From Opitutales bacterium (lineage in GTDB: Bacteria; Verrucomicrobiota; Verrucomicrobiia; Opitutales; UBA953), in assembly GCA_040398005.1 (NCBI GenBank), contig JBBAUX010000010.1, positions 1-64,000 of the forward strand: a stretch of DNA of 64,000 bases. The letters run 5' to 3'. Position numbers and translations under genes: made by a program. Below are positions 50,820-59,974 of this stretch, one piece after another. The notes beneath the pieces were generated by a model, which had not been told where the DNA came from, did not search any database, and saw only the letters and a list, made by a program, of their open reading frames with translations. Position 1 is the stretch's first letter, and each line of letters begins with the position of its first letter.

Positions 50820-52160
50820 TTAGCGAGCGCGGTACAGACCGTGGGGATCGTAAATCCACCAAGCGTCGAACGGATTAGATAATGAAGGGAGCTCGTAATA
50901 GGGCTTACCGCTTGCGTCGGCTTTAATCGAAACGCCGGAGTATTCCGATTGGGCCGACTTAGGTAATGCAGCCGTGGGCGCAGGCACTGGCGCAAGCATG
51001 TCGAGCACCGCCGTCTCTTCGATGCGGTCCACGACGACATCAATCCATTTAAGTTGTTTAGCTTTCTCACCAAAGGCCTGCCAGTCGCCCGTGGAGTCAT
51101 TCTCGTACATCTTCTTAACAAAGTCATCCAGCGAGATGCCCATCTTCTTTGCCACTGGAGTAGCCATGCGTTCAAACCATAACTTAGTGAACTCAATCTG
51201 CTCTTTCAACACAGTCATATTACCTTTGACGCTATTGGAAACCTGGTGATGTAGAATAATGGTATTAGGATAGCAGAAGGATTTTTCGGCGCACGTGGCA
51301 ATCACCGCAGTCATCGACGCGGCAAACCCCTTGACCACCACATAGACAGGGGCCTTCGACGCCGTCATCGCCTTCTGGATGAGGTATCCAGCGGAAACGG
51401 ATCCACCTGGGCTGTTATCGACCACAATGAAAATCGGAAACTCACTCGATTGATTATTATAAAAATTAATACGCTGACAAATGTAGTCGGCCAATTGATC
51501 GGTAACCGCACCATTAAAGGTGATACGACGATCGGTGATATATAAAACCCCATCTAGGTAGGGGTCTTTTAAATATTTCGGTTTAACATTGGCGGCAATT
51601 TTTCGGGCTTCGTCTTCTTTTTGAAAACGATTAATTTCATTGGTTAGGCGGGTCACCGTATTGCTCGCTTCTAATTGTAATTGTTTAGCATCCGCTTCGA
51701 GTTCACGAATTTTATTATTCTTTTCAATCAAGCGAGCATTGGAACGAGCTAGCTCTAGAGCGGACTGGCGCTCGAGTTTAGTGCGTTCCTCTTCTAAAGC
51801 AGAGGCTTCGGCTGAGGCTTTGGCCAAACGGAGTGAGCGCTCAGCGGACAGCTTCATCGCTTCGGAATTTAAGGGTGCGATCTCTTCCATGCGCTTGGCT
51901 TCTTGCAGAGCAAGTTGGGCATCAATTAAAGCCTTCTCCACGCGCATGCGGTCCACTTCCTTCATCTTCTCTTTCTGCTCAGGTGTTAAATCTTCGCGAG
52001 CGATGGCCGGACCCGGTGCTACCGTGGTAGGCAGCGAGGCGTTAGAAGAAGAAGGTGCATTTGCGGTGTCGCCATTCGTTGTCTTAACGGGCGTTGCTTG
52101 GGCAAAAAGAATAGGCCCAACCAACAAGCTGAAGATTTTCAAGGGAGTATGTTTAGACAT
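50820..52160 (-). CDS. exported coiled-coil + ClpP-family (S14-like) protease, paralog B
   Basis: ATG 52160 MSKHTPLKIFSLLVGPILFAQA signal peptide; long heptad-rich region; SPGGSV, GFAASM, ILHHQ, TGDW. Confidence 0.8.
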   Translation of the reverse strand: MSKHTPLKIFSLLVGPILFAQATPVKTTNGDTANAPSSSNASLPTTVAPGPAIAREDLTPEQKEKMKEVDRMRVEKALIDAQLALQEAKRMEEIAPLNSEAMKLSAERSLRLAKASAEASALEEERTKLERQSALELARSNARLIEKNNKIRELEADAKQLQLEASNTVTRLTNEINRFQKEDEARKIAANVKPKYLKDPYLDGVLYITDRRITFNGAVTDQLADYICQRINFYNNQSSEFPIFIVVDNSPGGSVSAGYLIQKAMTASKAPVYVVVKGFAASMTAVIATCAEKSFCYPNTIILHHQVSNSVKGNMTVLKEQIEFTKLWFERMATPVAKKMGISLDDFVKKMYENDSTGDWQAFGEKAKQLKWIDVVVDRIEETAVLDMLAPVPAPTAALPKSAQSEYSGVSIKADASGKPYYELPSLSNPFDAWWIYDPHGLYRAR

Positions 52161-52176
52161 GTTTTTGTTTTTAAAA

Positions 52177-53340
52177 TTAGCGGTAAATGAATTCGGTAGA
52201 AGGATCGTAAATCCACCAAATATCAAAAGGGGTTAAAGGATTTAAAGCGGTAGCGCCGTTGAGACCATCGGGTTTTATTACACCCAGCGCAGGAACGGCA
52301 GCAGTATTATTTACGCCTTCTTCAGTCATACGATCAACCACATGCGTAACCCATTTTAATTTAACCGCCTCGGTTCCTAAAACTTTCCAATCGCCCGTGG
52401 AAACGGCGGCGTACATTTGGGCGACAAATTCATCGACTGTAATATCCATTTTATTCGCCACTTTTACAAAAATTCTTTCGCACCAAATTTTGGTCCATTT
52501 TAATTGCTGCTCTAACTGGGTCTGATTTCCGGAAAGCGAAGTGCTCGCTTGGTGATGCAAGACAACCGTCTGCGGATAAACGTAGGAACGCTTAGCCATC
52601 GTGGTGATAATTGCGGCCATGGATGCGGCATAACCTTTAACGACCACGTAAACCGGAGCCTGCGATGACTCCATCGCTTGTAAGATTTGGTAACCCGACA
52701 TCACCGAGCCGCCCGGCGAACGTTCTATCACAATAAAGATGGGGGCTGTTTTATCTAAGGCATTATAAAAAGCGATGCGGTTACACACAAACTTTTCTAA
52801 AGTCTCATCGACTATTCCGTTAAAAGGAATTCTGCGGTCAGAAATACGCAAAACGCCTTCGGCAAGAGGTTCCAGAGGATACTCGATTTTCCCGCTCGTG
52901 GTTTCGACTACTTTTTTCTGCAGGCGGGCAATCTCCCCCAATTTTTCTAAGCGTGCGTATTCAACGGTGGCCTGCACATTGGCGAGTTTCACATCCGCTT
53001 CAAATTCTGCACGGCGGGCTTCTTTTTCGCCTGAAGCCAGGGAGGCCTTAATGTTGGCAATAGAAGTCTTCAAGTTGAGCTGGGATTTTTCGGCATCGTC
53101 CATCGCTCCGGCGGCATCGGTCTTGAGTTGGCGGATTCGACTTTCTACCTCGAGTTTTTTAATCTCTAGATCGGACGCTTGTTTGGCCTGGCGGCGTTGC
53201 GATTCTACTAAATCTAAACGTGTGCGGACAATCTCCGCTTCCACTTCGGTTTGAATCGTTTCCGGGGTTTTTTCGATACGACGAGGCTGGGCCTGCAATG
53301 CAGTTACAAAAAGCGTAAAAATAAGGGCCAAACGGGTCAT
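52177..53340 (-). CDS. exported coiled-coil + ClpP-family (S14-like) protease, paralog A
   Basis: MTRLALIFTLFVTALQA signal peptide; coiled coil; SPGGSV, GYAASM, VLHHQ, TGDW. Confidence 0.8.
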   Translation of the reverse strand: MTRLALIFTLFVTALQAQPRRIEKTPETIQTEVEAEIVRTRLDLVESQRRQAKQASDLEIKKLEVESRIRQLKTDAAGAMDDAEKSQLNLKTSIANIKASLASGEKEARRAEFEADVKLANVQATVEYARLEKLGEIARLQKKVVETTSGKIEYPLEPLAEGVLRISDRRIPFNGIVDETLEKFVCNRIAFYNALDKTAPIFIVIERSPGGSVMSGYQILQAMESSQAPVYVVVKGYAASMAAIITTMAKRSYVYPQTVVLHHQASTSLSGNQTQLEQQLKWTKIWCERIFVKVANKMDITVDEFVAQMYAAVSTGDWKVLGTEAVKLKWVTHVVDRMTEEGVNNTAAVPALGVIKPDGLNGATALNPLTPFDIWWIYDPSTEFIYR

Positions 53341-53408
53341 CGGAGGGTGACTCGTAAATTGTCAGATAAATGGTTCCCTTACACTCAAAAATTCGCAAAT
53401 CTTACGGC

Positions 53409-54314
53409 ATGCAGCCGAATGACCCCATAACCTTCAAGAATCGCCATACGGGTCGGATTGAAACCGAACAGGTCTACGGCGAAGCTTGGCTACAAAGAAT
53501 CTACGGTAACCCCCTGGGCAAGGTCGCCCTGCACGCCCTAGTGAAACGTTCAATATTCTCCAAAATTTATGGCTGGGGCATGGACCGTCCCAACAGCGCG
53601 CAGCGGATTGCACCCTTTATTAAAACCTACCAATTAGATTCATCGGAGTTCGCTGATGAAAATATTAGTTCATATAAAAGTTTTAATGATTTCTTTTATC
53701 GCAAATTAAAACCCGCAGCACGTCCGATCGACGGACAAACGGATTGTGCGGTTTTACCGGCCGACGGTAGACATTTAGGCTTTCAAGATATTTCCAAAAT
53801 CAGCGGCGTTTTTGCCAAGGGACAGACCTTCGACATAAATAATTTTCTCGGCGATCAGTCTTTAGCGGAACGCTATAAGAATGGCGTCTTAGTGTGTTCG
53901 CGCCTTTGTCCGGTAGATTATCACCGTTTTCATTTTCCTGTGTCGGGCATTCCGACTAAGCCTACCTTAATCAACGGCTCGCTCTTTTCGGTAAACCCTT
54001 ATGCGTTGCGACGTGAGGTGAGTTATCTTTGGCAAAATAAACGTCAGAGAGTTTCGATTGAGGCGGGACCGTTTGGACTCGTCACCGTTGTAGCAATCGG
54101 CGCCACCAATGTAGGCACCATTGTGGAAACCTATTCTCCCAATTCTCCTATTACTAAAGGAGAAGAAAAAGGGTATTTCCGATTTGGTGGATCGTACATC
54201 GCTACCCTCTTTGAGCCCAATCGAATTCGTCTGGAGAATGATTTAATTACAGCGGGTGAAACCCAACAAGAGCTTTACGCCAAAATGGGGTCACGTTTGG
54301 GTCGTTTAATTTAA
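53409..54314 (+). CDS. psd: phosphatidylserine decarboxylase proenzyme
   Basis: SFNDFFYRKLK..ARPI, PADG, RLCP.DYHRFHFP, GATNVG, FGGS self-cleavage site; ATG 53409 preferred over 53370. Confidence 0.92.
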   Translation: MQPNDPITFKNRHTGRIETEQVYGEAWLQRIYGNPLGKVALHALVKRSIFSKIYGWGMDRPNSAQRIAPFIKTYQLDSSEFADENISSYKSFNDFFYRKLKPAARPIDGQTDCAVLPADGRHLGFQDISKISGVFAKGQTFDINNFLGDQSLAERYKNGVLVCSRLCPVDYHRFHFPVSGIPTKPTLINGSLFSVNPYALRREVSYLWQNKRQRVSIEAGPFGLVTVVAIGATNVGTIVETYSPNSPITKGEEKGYFRFGGSYIATLFEPNRIRLENDLITAGETQQELYAKMGSRLGRLI

Positions 54315-54377
54315 AAGACTAAATCGCAAAGCGCTTGCCAGAAGGCCGTGAGCAGTAAAATGTTTTAGGTACAGGTC

Positions 54378-54458
54378 GCTCGGGTGGTGGAATGGCAGAC
54401 ACACCAGATTTAGGTTCTGGCGCCGAAAGGTATGCGGGTTCGACTCCCGCCCCGAGCA
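54378..54458 (+). tRNA. tRNA-Leu(TAG)
   Basis: Acceptor stem GCTCGGG/CCCGAGC, D-loop TGG, anticodon arm CCAGA-TTTAGGT-TCTGG, long variable arm, GGTTCGACTCC; CCA not encoded. Confidence 0.95.
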
Positions 54459-54472
54459 CTTGGTTTTAATTC

Positions 54473-54580
54473 AGGGGACAGGGGTAAATTTGTGGAGGTA
54501 ATTACATCACCCCTTGTCACCGTGTCACCGTGTCACCTTGCCCACTTGTCACCTTAACTTGTCCCCTTGCCCTTTTGCCT
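54473..54580. repeat. degenerate octamer tandem repeat (consensus CTTGTCAC) with an inverted copy upstream
   Basis: CTTGTCAC CGTGTCAC CGTGTCAC CTTGCCCA CTTGTCAC cttaa CTTGTCCC CTTGCCCT from 54513; GGGGACAGGGG at 54474-54484. Confidence 0.8.
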
Positions 54581-54601
54581 TAATTCTGACTAACATGACC
54601 C

Positions 54602-55171
54602 ATGTTTGAATGGTTGCGCAAAATCCTAGGCCTCCAGCCCAAGCCGTCTGAAGAAATCGACCTATCTAAGGCGCCCGATGAACCGGTGCCCGAGGAACGT
54701 GTCCCAGAAACGAGACCTGACCCTAATAGCCCTTGGGTAGGTGTAGATTTAGACGGAACACTCGCCGAGGCGGGTCGCTGGTTAAGTATGTCACACATTG
54801 GACCACCCGTACCACTCATGATGCGGAGAGTGCAGGCCTGGCTCGCCAAGGGAGTTCGCATTAAAATTTTGACCGCCCGGGCCGGTAATGAAGAAGGTCT
54901 GGCTGCCACCAAAAAATGGTTAGCAGAAAACGGACTGCCCGACCTAGAAGTAACCGACAAAAAAGATTTTGATATGATCGAACTCTGGGACGATCGCGCC
55001 ATCCAAGTCGTCCACAACACGGGCATGTGCTTCTTAGGGACATCGTGGTTTGCTCGACCTAAAGCACCGATTCTCTCGAACGAAATTCCTGATCGGACTT
55101 TTATACTCGTTGGACAAACTCCACCCACCGAGCCCGCTAAGTCTGAAAATACCACCGAAAAATCTTCATGA
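54602..55171 (+). CDS. HAD-superfamily-like protein
   Basis: VGVDLDGTLA (motif I), ILTAR (motif II), K and WDDRA (motifs III/IV). Confidence 0.75.
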   Translation: MFEWLRKILGLQPKPSEEIDLSKAPDEPVPEERVPETRPDPNSPWVGVDLDGTLAEAGRWLSMSHIGPPVPLMMRRVQAWLAKGVRIKILTARAGNEEGLAATKKWLAENGLPDLEVTDKKDFDMIELWDDRAIQVVHNTGMCFLGTSWFARPKAPILSNEIPDRTFILVGQTPPTEPAKSENTTEKSS

Positions 55172-55581
55172 AAGCCTCTCTCAAACTTGAATACTCCTTG
55201 CGCGTGTTGGCCCAATTAGCTCGTCGCAATAAAGGCAATACGGTGACTCGCATTGAGGAGCTCGCGAAACTCGAAGCCATTCCCCAAAACTATTTAGTTC
55301 AATTATTAAACGAATTACGCGAGGGTGGCTTGGTAGATTCTCGTCGCGGCAAAGCGGGGGGCTATCGTCTGGCTCGAAATGCTGAAGATATTTCAATTAA
55401 GCAGGTACTCGAAGTGGTGGAACCCGATTTAATTTCGACGAAAATCACCCTAAAAGGTAATTCCGGGCCCCAAGTAGCCAGTCTTTGGCGGGAGCTTTCG
55501 AAACGGTTTGAAAAATCGATGAATGGTTTCACAGTAGCACAACTCGCCCAGTCCGAAGCCAGTGGAGATTGGGAAATCTAA
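55168..55581 (+). CDS. Rrf2 family transcriptional regulator (no Cys ligands)
   Basis: YSLR.L..LA, IPQNYL.QLL..L...GLV.S.RG..GGY.LA. Confidence 0.92.
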   Translation: MKASLKLEYSLRVLAQLARRNKGNTVTRIEELAKLEAIPQNYLVQLLNELREGGLVDSRRGKAGGYRLARNAEDISIKQVLEVVEPDLISTKITLKGNSGPQVASLWRELSKRFEKSMNGFTVAQLAQSEASGDWEI

Positions 55582-55593
55582 CTTTTTACACCT

Positions 55594-56181
55594 ATGATCG
55601 ACGAACCACAAAACACACCCACCCCACCGCGCGCGTCCAACCCTCAAGGGGTTATCATTTCCATCGTCGTTGTGCTCTTCATCGCACTCGCAGTGGTAAT
55701 TTTGTGGAAAGGGTTACAGTGGAAAGAAACCATAGAAACACAGAAAGTACGCATCGACATTTTAGAGGGTCAAGTCGCTAACTTAAAAAAACTCAATCAG
55801 GAACAAGAGAAAACTTTAGCTGATAACATCATAGCCATCGCCAATAAAGATGCCGAAATCAAAAAACTTGGCGGAGATTTAGCGCAAATGAAAAAAATGT
55901 ATGAAGCCAACCTTAATGAGAAAAACGAACTAGCCGACACCTTAACTAAAGCTGAAAAGACGCTCAAGGAAACCAATGAAAAAGTGGTACAACTTGAAAC
56001 TCAAAATGCGGAAACAGCCAAAGCCTTACAGGTCTCTGAAGACTTTGGTAAAAGCTCTTTAGCGCAGGTCAATGAAGTGAATAGTCGTATCGAAAAGCAA
56101 AATACGGTAATCAGAGATCTCAACGAACAGATTAAAATTCTCGTCATAAAGGTTAATACTCCTGCTCCCGAAAAAAAGTAA
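55594..56181 (+). CDS. single-pass membrane coiled-coil protein
   Basis: TM VIISIVVVLFIALAVVILW followed by about 140 aa of heptad-like sequence. Confidence 0.75.
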   Translation: MIDEPQNTPTPPRASNPQGVIISIVVVLFIALAVVILWKGLQWKETIETQKVRIDILEGQVANLKKLNQEQEKTLADNIIAIANKDAEIKKLGGDLAQMKKMYEANLNEKNELADTLTKAEKTLKETNEKVVQLETQNAETAKALQVSEDFGKSSLAQVNEVNSRIEKQNTVIRDLNEQIKILVIKVNTPAPEKK

Positions 56182-56193
56182 TCACTGAATACG

Positions 56194-56613
56194 ATGTCAC
56201 TTAAAGAAGAATTTAAGAAATTTGCCCTTCGTGGTAATGTGGCTGACCTCGCAGTCGGGGTGATTATCGGCGCTTCCTTTGGTGCCATCGTCAAATCACT
56301 CGTCGAGGACATCATCATGCCCCCCTTGGGCTTTGTGCTCGGGAACGTAGATTTCTCTCATCTTTATTTCATTCTCAAACAAGGTGCTAAAGCAGCGGGA
56401 CCTTATGCTACCATGGCCGATGCCGAAGCTGCCGGCGCCGTGATTATCAAATATGGCGCCTTCACTAATACGGTCATTAGCTTCTTAATCGTTTCTTTCA
56501 CGATATTTTTGCTCATCCGTCAGATTAATAAATTAAAAGATCCGGTGGTCGCCGCTGGACCGAGTGCCGAAGTTAAACTGCTGACTGAGATTCGCGACTC
56601 GCTCAAAAAGTAA
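56194..56613 (+). CDS. mscL: large-conductance mechanosensitive channel
   Basis: EFKKFALRGNV.DLAVGVIIG..FG.IV.SLV.DIIMP, LLTEIRD. Confidence 0.96.
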   Translation: MSLKEEFKKFALRGNVADLAVGVIIGASFGAIVKSLVEDIIMPPLGFVLGNVDFSHLYFILKQGAKAAGPYATMADAEAAGAVIIKYGAFTNTVISFLIVSFTIFLLIRQINKLKDPVVAAGPSAEVKLLTEIRDSLKK

Positions 56614-56615
56614 GT

Positions 56616-57695
56616 CTACAGAATCAACATCGCGTCACCGTAACTAAAAAAGCGGTACTCCCGACGAATCGCTTCTGCGTAAATTTCTTTAAGCCAAGGG
56701 AGTCCGGCTTCATCTCCAGGCGTTAAGAATGCCGCAACCAGACAGAGTAATGTCGACTTAGGCAGGTGAAAATTAGTGAGGAGATGCTCGCAGCAGTGAA
56801 TGGTGTCACCCGGTTTGATAAACAAACTCGAGCTACCTTGATAATCACCCGTGGGGAGATTTTTAAAGTCGGGAAATTTTCGGATAAAATCCTCCGCTGA
56901 TCGCACTGTAGTTGTACCCACGGCTAGGCGTGGACGGCGACAACGCAGAGCCTCGATCGTATTTACCGAAATAACATAGTCTTCACTGTGCATCACGTGG
57001 TTATTTAAATCGGGCGCTTGAATGGGTTGAAAAGTTCCCGCGCCGACATCCAAAATAAGGTTAAAGCTTTCGTGTCCTTGTTTGGACAATTTCTCGAGGA
57101 GCTCCGTAGTGAAATGTAATCCAGCGGTAGGTGCAGCCACCGCACGGGTGGCCGATGGTTCGGCATAAACCGTTTGATAACGTTCCTCGTCAGCGAAATC
57201 TTTTAGCCCTAACTTTTCCCGAGAATCGACGATGTAAGGTGGAAGCGGAAGTTCGCCGTGCTGTTGAGCAAGTTGTTCGACGCTTAATCCAGCGGGTAAA
57301 TTAAAGCGCACGATATAATCTCCACCTTGGCCTACGGATACGACCACGGCGTGATGACCATCGATATAAAAACCGGCTTCATCCGAGGCACGCTTTCCGG
57401 GTCGCAACATACAGTGCCACTCCAGGGGCTGGGCAGCGGGACGAAGTAAAAGGCATTCAACCTTTCCACCTGTGGGACGAACGCCAAAAAGTCGGGCCTT
57501 TAAAACTCGTACACTATTCCTGAAAAAAGTCGTCGAAGGCGGAATTAAATCAGGGAGCTCCCTAAAATAATGATGCGAAATTTTTTTTGTCGCACGATTC
57601 ACCACGAGCAGTCGCGATTCGTCACGTCGCTCCGAGGGCACGGCCGCAATCCGTTCAGGAGGCAGATCAAAGTCCAACTCCTGCAACGTAATCAT
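56616..57695 (-). CDS. queA: S-adenosylmethionine:tRNA ribosyltransferase-isomerase
   Basis: [46 protein letters not shown]. Confidence 0.96.
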   Translation of the reverse strand: MITLQELDFDLPPERIAAVPSERRDESRLLVVNRATKKISHHYFRELPDLIPPSTTFFRNSVRVLKARLFGVRPTGGKVECLLLRPAAQPLEWHCMLRPGKRASDEAGFYIDGHHAVVVSVGQGGDYIVRFNLPAGLSVEQLAQQHGELPLPPYIVDSREKLGLKDFADEERYQTVYAEPSATRAVAAPTAGLHFTTELLEKLSKQGHESFNLILDVGAGTFQPIQAPDLNNHVMHSEDYVISVNTIEALRCRRPRLAVGTTTVRSAEDFIRKFPDFKNLPTGDYQGSSSLFIKPGDTIHCCEHLLTNFHLPKSTLLCLVAAFLTPGDEAGLPWLKEIYAEAIRREYRFFSYGDAMLIL

Positions 57696-58684
57696 TATTT
57701 AGTTTTCGGAGGAGTAATGAGCAACTGACCATCAATCGCCTTTAGGGGCATAAACTCAACACCTGGAGGCGCCTTACGGAGTTCCTCTTCAATCGCTGAA
57801 AGTTTTGCATCCAAGTCATCAATCCGCGCCACGAAAACCGCTTCAGGGGTCGAGGGGGTCTGACACGCACCGTACTCACGCATCGTGTGGTGACTGAGCA
57901 ACACGTGCTCGACGCGTTCACGCAATGAGACTTCAAGTTGTACCTTAGCCGAATGCTCTCTCACGATAAAAGCTCCTAAGACTAAATGACCGTGTAAATT
58001 TCCTGCGCGGGTGAAACCGGCGCGTGGCATACCAGGCTCGAGTTTAGTGTATTCCTGAATTTTACCTACGTCGTGCAGAATAATACTCGAGACCGCGAGA
58101 GAATGATCCACTTTGGGATAAAGAGGCAGTAAGGCTTCAGCACAACGCGCCATGCGCAGTGTGTGTTCGAGGAGGCCGTGACGGTAGGCGTGGTGCATGC
58201 CTGTCGCGGCGACTGAATCGTAGAAGCGCTCTCCGTGTTCTTCTAAAATCGATTCCACCAGGGCGCGCAAGGTCGCGTGAGGAATGCGTTTAATAATAGC
58301 GCCGAGTTCTTCGCGCATTTTTAGGGGATCTTGTTGAGACACGGGAGTAAGGCGACCCATGATAGCAGGGTCAGATTTTTCGGCATCAGCCAGAGCTGCG
58401 AGAGCATCGACACGGAATTCCGGGCGACCAGCAAACTCACCCATCGTCCCGCCCACCTTCACAGGTGTCCCAGGCTTTAATGTAGTGAGCACTGTTTTTA
58501 GAGGTGAATCAGAAAAGACACGTACTTTTACTTCGTCTGAAGCGTCCCCTAAAACAAATTCAAAATAAGTGGATCCATTTTTTGCGGACTTGGTATTAAT
58601 ATCGCCCAATCCACAAATAGCCAAAAAACGATTACCCGTCGGTAATGCTTTGCACTCTCTTAATGACTGGGGCGATTCGGCCAT
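57695..58684 (-). CDS. OB-fold/HD-domain protein, YhaM/Cbf1-like 3'-5' exoribonuclease
   Basis: N-terminal OB fold, HHAY..GLLEH, LHDVGK, GHL..G, SHH, DDLDAK. Confidence 0.88.
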   Translation of the reverse strand: MAESPQSLRECKALPTGNRFLAICGLGDINTKSAKNGSTYFEFVLGDASDEVKVRVFSDSPLKTVLTTLKPGTPVKVGGTMGEFAGRPEFRVDALAALADAEKSDPAIMGRLTPVSQQDPLKMREELGAIIKRIPHATLRALVESILEEHGERFYDSVAATGMHHAYRHGLLEHTLRMARCAEALLPLYPKVDHSLAVSSIILHDVGKIQEYTKLEPGMPRAGFTRAGNLHGHLVLGAFIVREHSAKVQLEVSLRERVEHVLLSHHTMREYGACQTPSTPEAVFVARIDDLDAKLSAIEEELRKAPPGVEFMPLKAIDGQLLITPPKTK

Positions 58685-58829
58685 GCACGCAAAGTGAGTA
58701 AAATAGGCGAGGGAGCAAATAATAATAATTTAAAACAGTCTAAATTAAGCTAATCGGTTAAATTATCCAACTAGACCCTTCATTGAACGAGGTTGTCTTC
58801 ATCTAAGTCGCGTATAATATCATAAACCA

Positions 58830-59909
58830 ATGAAGCGGTATCTATTAATAGGAGTAGTCGTATCCGTCGGAGCGCTCGCTGTATTATGGATCAACCATGA
58901 CCGCGGATTAAATGAACCCAAAAACGAAGCCGCGGTTCCCCCAAATAGTCCGCGACCTATAACCGGACTCATCCAAGAGCCGAACAAGATTATCACCAGT
59001 GAATCACAGGTCAAAGAGACCATCATGCAATTGAGTCAAAAGGGTCTGCCCGCTTTAACCGATCAACAGATTCAGGGCTATCTCACCTCTAACGACCGCG
59101 ATGCCACCTGCCTCGTTATTGGGAGTCGTTTAAGTAAAAATCCTGAATTACTCCGCGAAGCAGTAGCACGCTTCGGCAATAACCCCGTCGTGCAATTAGA
59201 GATGGCATTACGCGGACCCACCCCAGAAGAACGACAAGCGGCACTCAATGCATTCAAAACACATGATCCGCAAAACCCGCTCTGTGATTATCTCGATTCT
59301 CTTTCGGCATTCGAACGAGGAGATTTTTCCAAGGCAGCAGGCGGGTTAATCCAATCACTCGATAGCGGTACACTGCAAGACTACTCCCTGACCTTAGCTT
59401 CCGGAACGGAGGCTGCCTATCTGTCCACAGGATATACCAGCACCGAGGCTCAACTCTTCGCGCTCTTTGACTCCGCCCAACGCAACCAAGACACGACCAG
59501 TAAAGTAGGTGCAGTCGCTGATAAATTAGGCGAACTGCGCGATCAGTATATTAAAAATAATGATATGGATGCGGCTGAGCCCACGGTATCTATCGGTCTA
59601 GACATCGGACAAAAAATTCAGTCTCAAGAAAAACCGAGTTTCCTCAGCAGTTTAGTCGGCATCGATATTGAATCGAAGATTTTAAATCAACTGGATCCCT
59701 TAACGCCGATTAATTCCGCGGGGCAAACCGCCGATGCGCGTTTAAAAGAATTAAATCAGCAAAAAAACCAACTGCAGAGTCTGGTCGAAAAGGCTCAAGA
59801 CCTGCCCATGAGCAAGATGTCGGATGAACAAATGAAAGACTATACGCAGAGACTACGAAGTCAGGGTGAAGTGAATGCTACCCAGTGGTGGCTAGACCAA
59901 AATAAGTAG
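58830..59909 (+). CDS. hypothetical membrane-anchored helical protein
   Basis: N-terminal hydrophobic anchor, then a helical TPR-like soluble domain; 359-aa ORF. Confidence 0.7.
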   Translation: MKRYLLIGVVVSVGALAVLWINHDRGLNEPKNEAAVPPNSPRPITGLIQEPNKIITSESQVKETIMQLSQKGLPALTDQQIQGYLTSNDRDATCLVIGSRLSKNPELLREAVARFGNNPVVQLEMALRGPTPEERQAALNAFKTHDPQNPLCDYLDSLSAFERGDFSKAAGGLIQSLDSGTLQDYSLTLASGTEAAYLSTGYTSTEAQLFALFDSAQRNQDTTSKVGAVADKLGELRDQYIKNNDMDAAEPTVSIGLDIGQKIQSQEKPSFLSSLVGIDIESKILNQLDPLTPINSAGQTADARLKELNQQKNQLQSLVEKAQDLPMSKMSDEQMKDYTQRLRSQGEVNATQWWLDQNK

Positions 59910-59974
59910 GTTTCTGATAAAGCCTTATCAAAAACAGTGTTTATCTCAGGAGCCAAAATCTCTAGTATTTATCT

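Noticed and set aside
51640..53254. Long plus-strand ORFs (198 aa at 51640-52236; 159 aa at 52775-53254)
   Set aside because: They are antisense shadows of the coiled-coil regions; Ser/Ala-rich translation with no motifs.
50820..53340. Phage prohead protease, SppA or NfeD as identity of the ClpP-like pair
   Set aside because: No phage genes nearby, signal peptides present, His/Asp at the ClpP triad positions rather than a Ser-Lys dyad, and no NfeD-type TM bundle or stomatin partner.
54513..54580. CRISPR array
   Set aside because: Units are 8 nt and contiguous, with no unique spacers and no cas genes.
54580..55215. 211-aa minus-strand ORF
   Set aside because: Antisense to the HAD-like ORF, which has clear catalytic motifs and operon coupling.
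54378..56613. Genomic island or prophage integrated at tRNA-Leu
   Set aside because: No integrase and no duplicated tRNA 3' end seen; downstream genes (Rrf2, mscL, queA) are ordinary chromosomal genes.
59915..59930. Hairpin TGATAA-AGCC-TTATCA as terminator
   Set aside because: AT-rich 6-bp stem with no plus-strand U tract; too weak to call.
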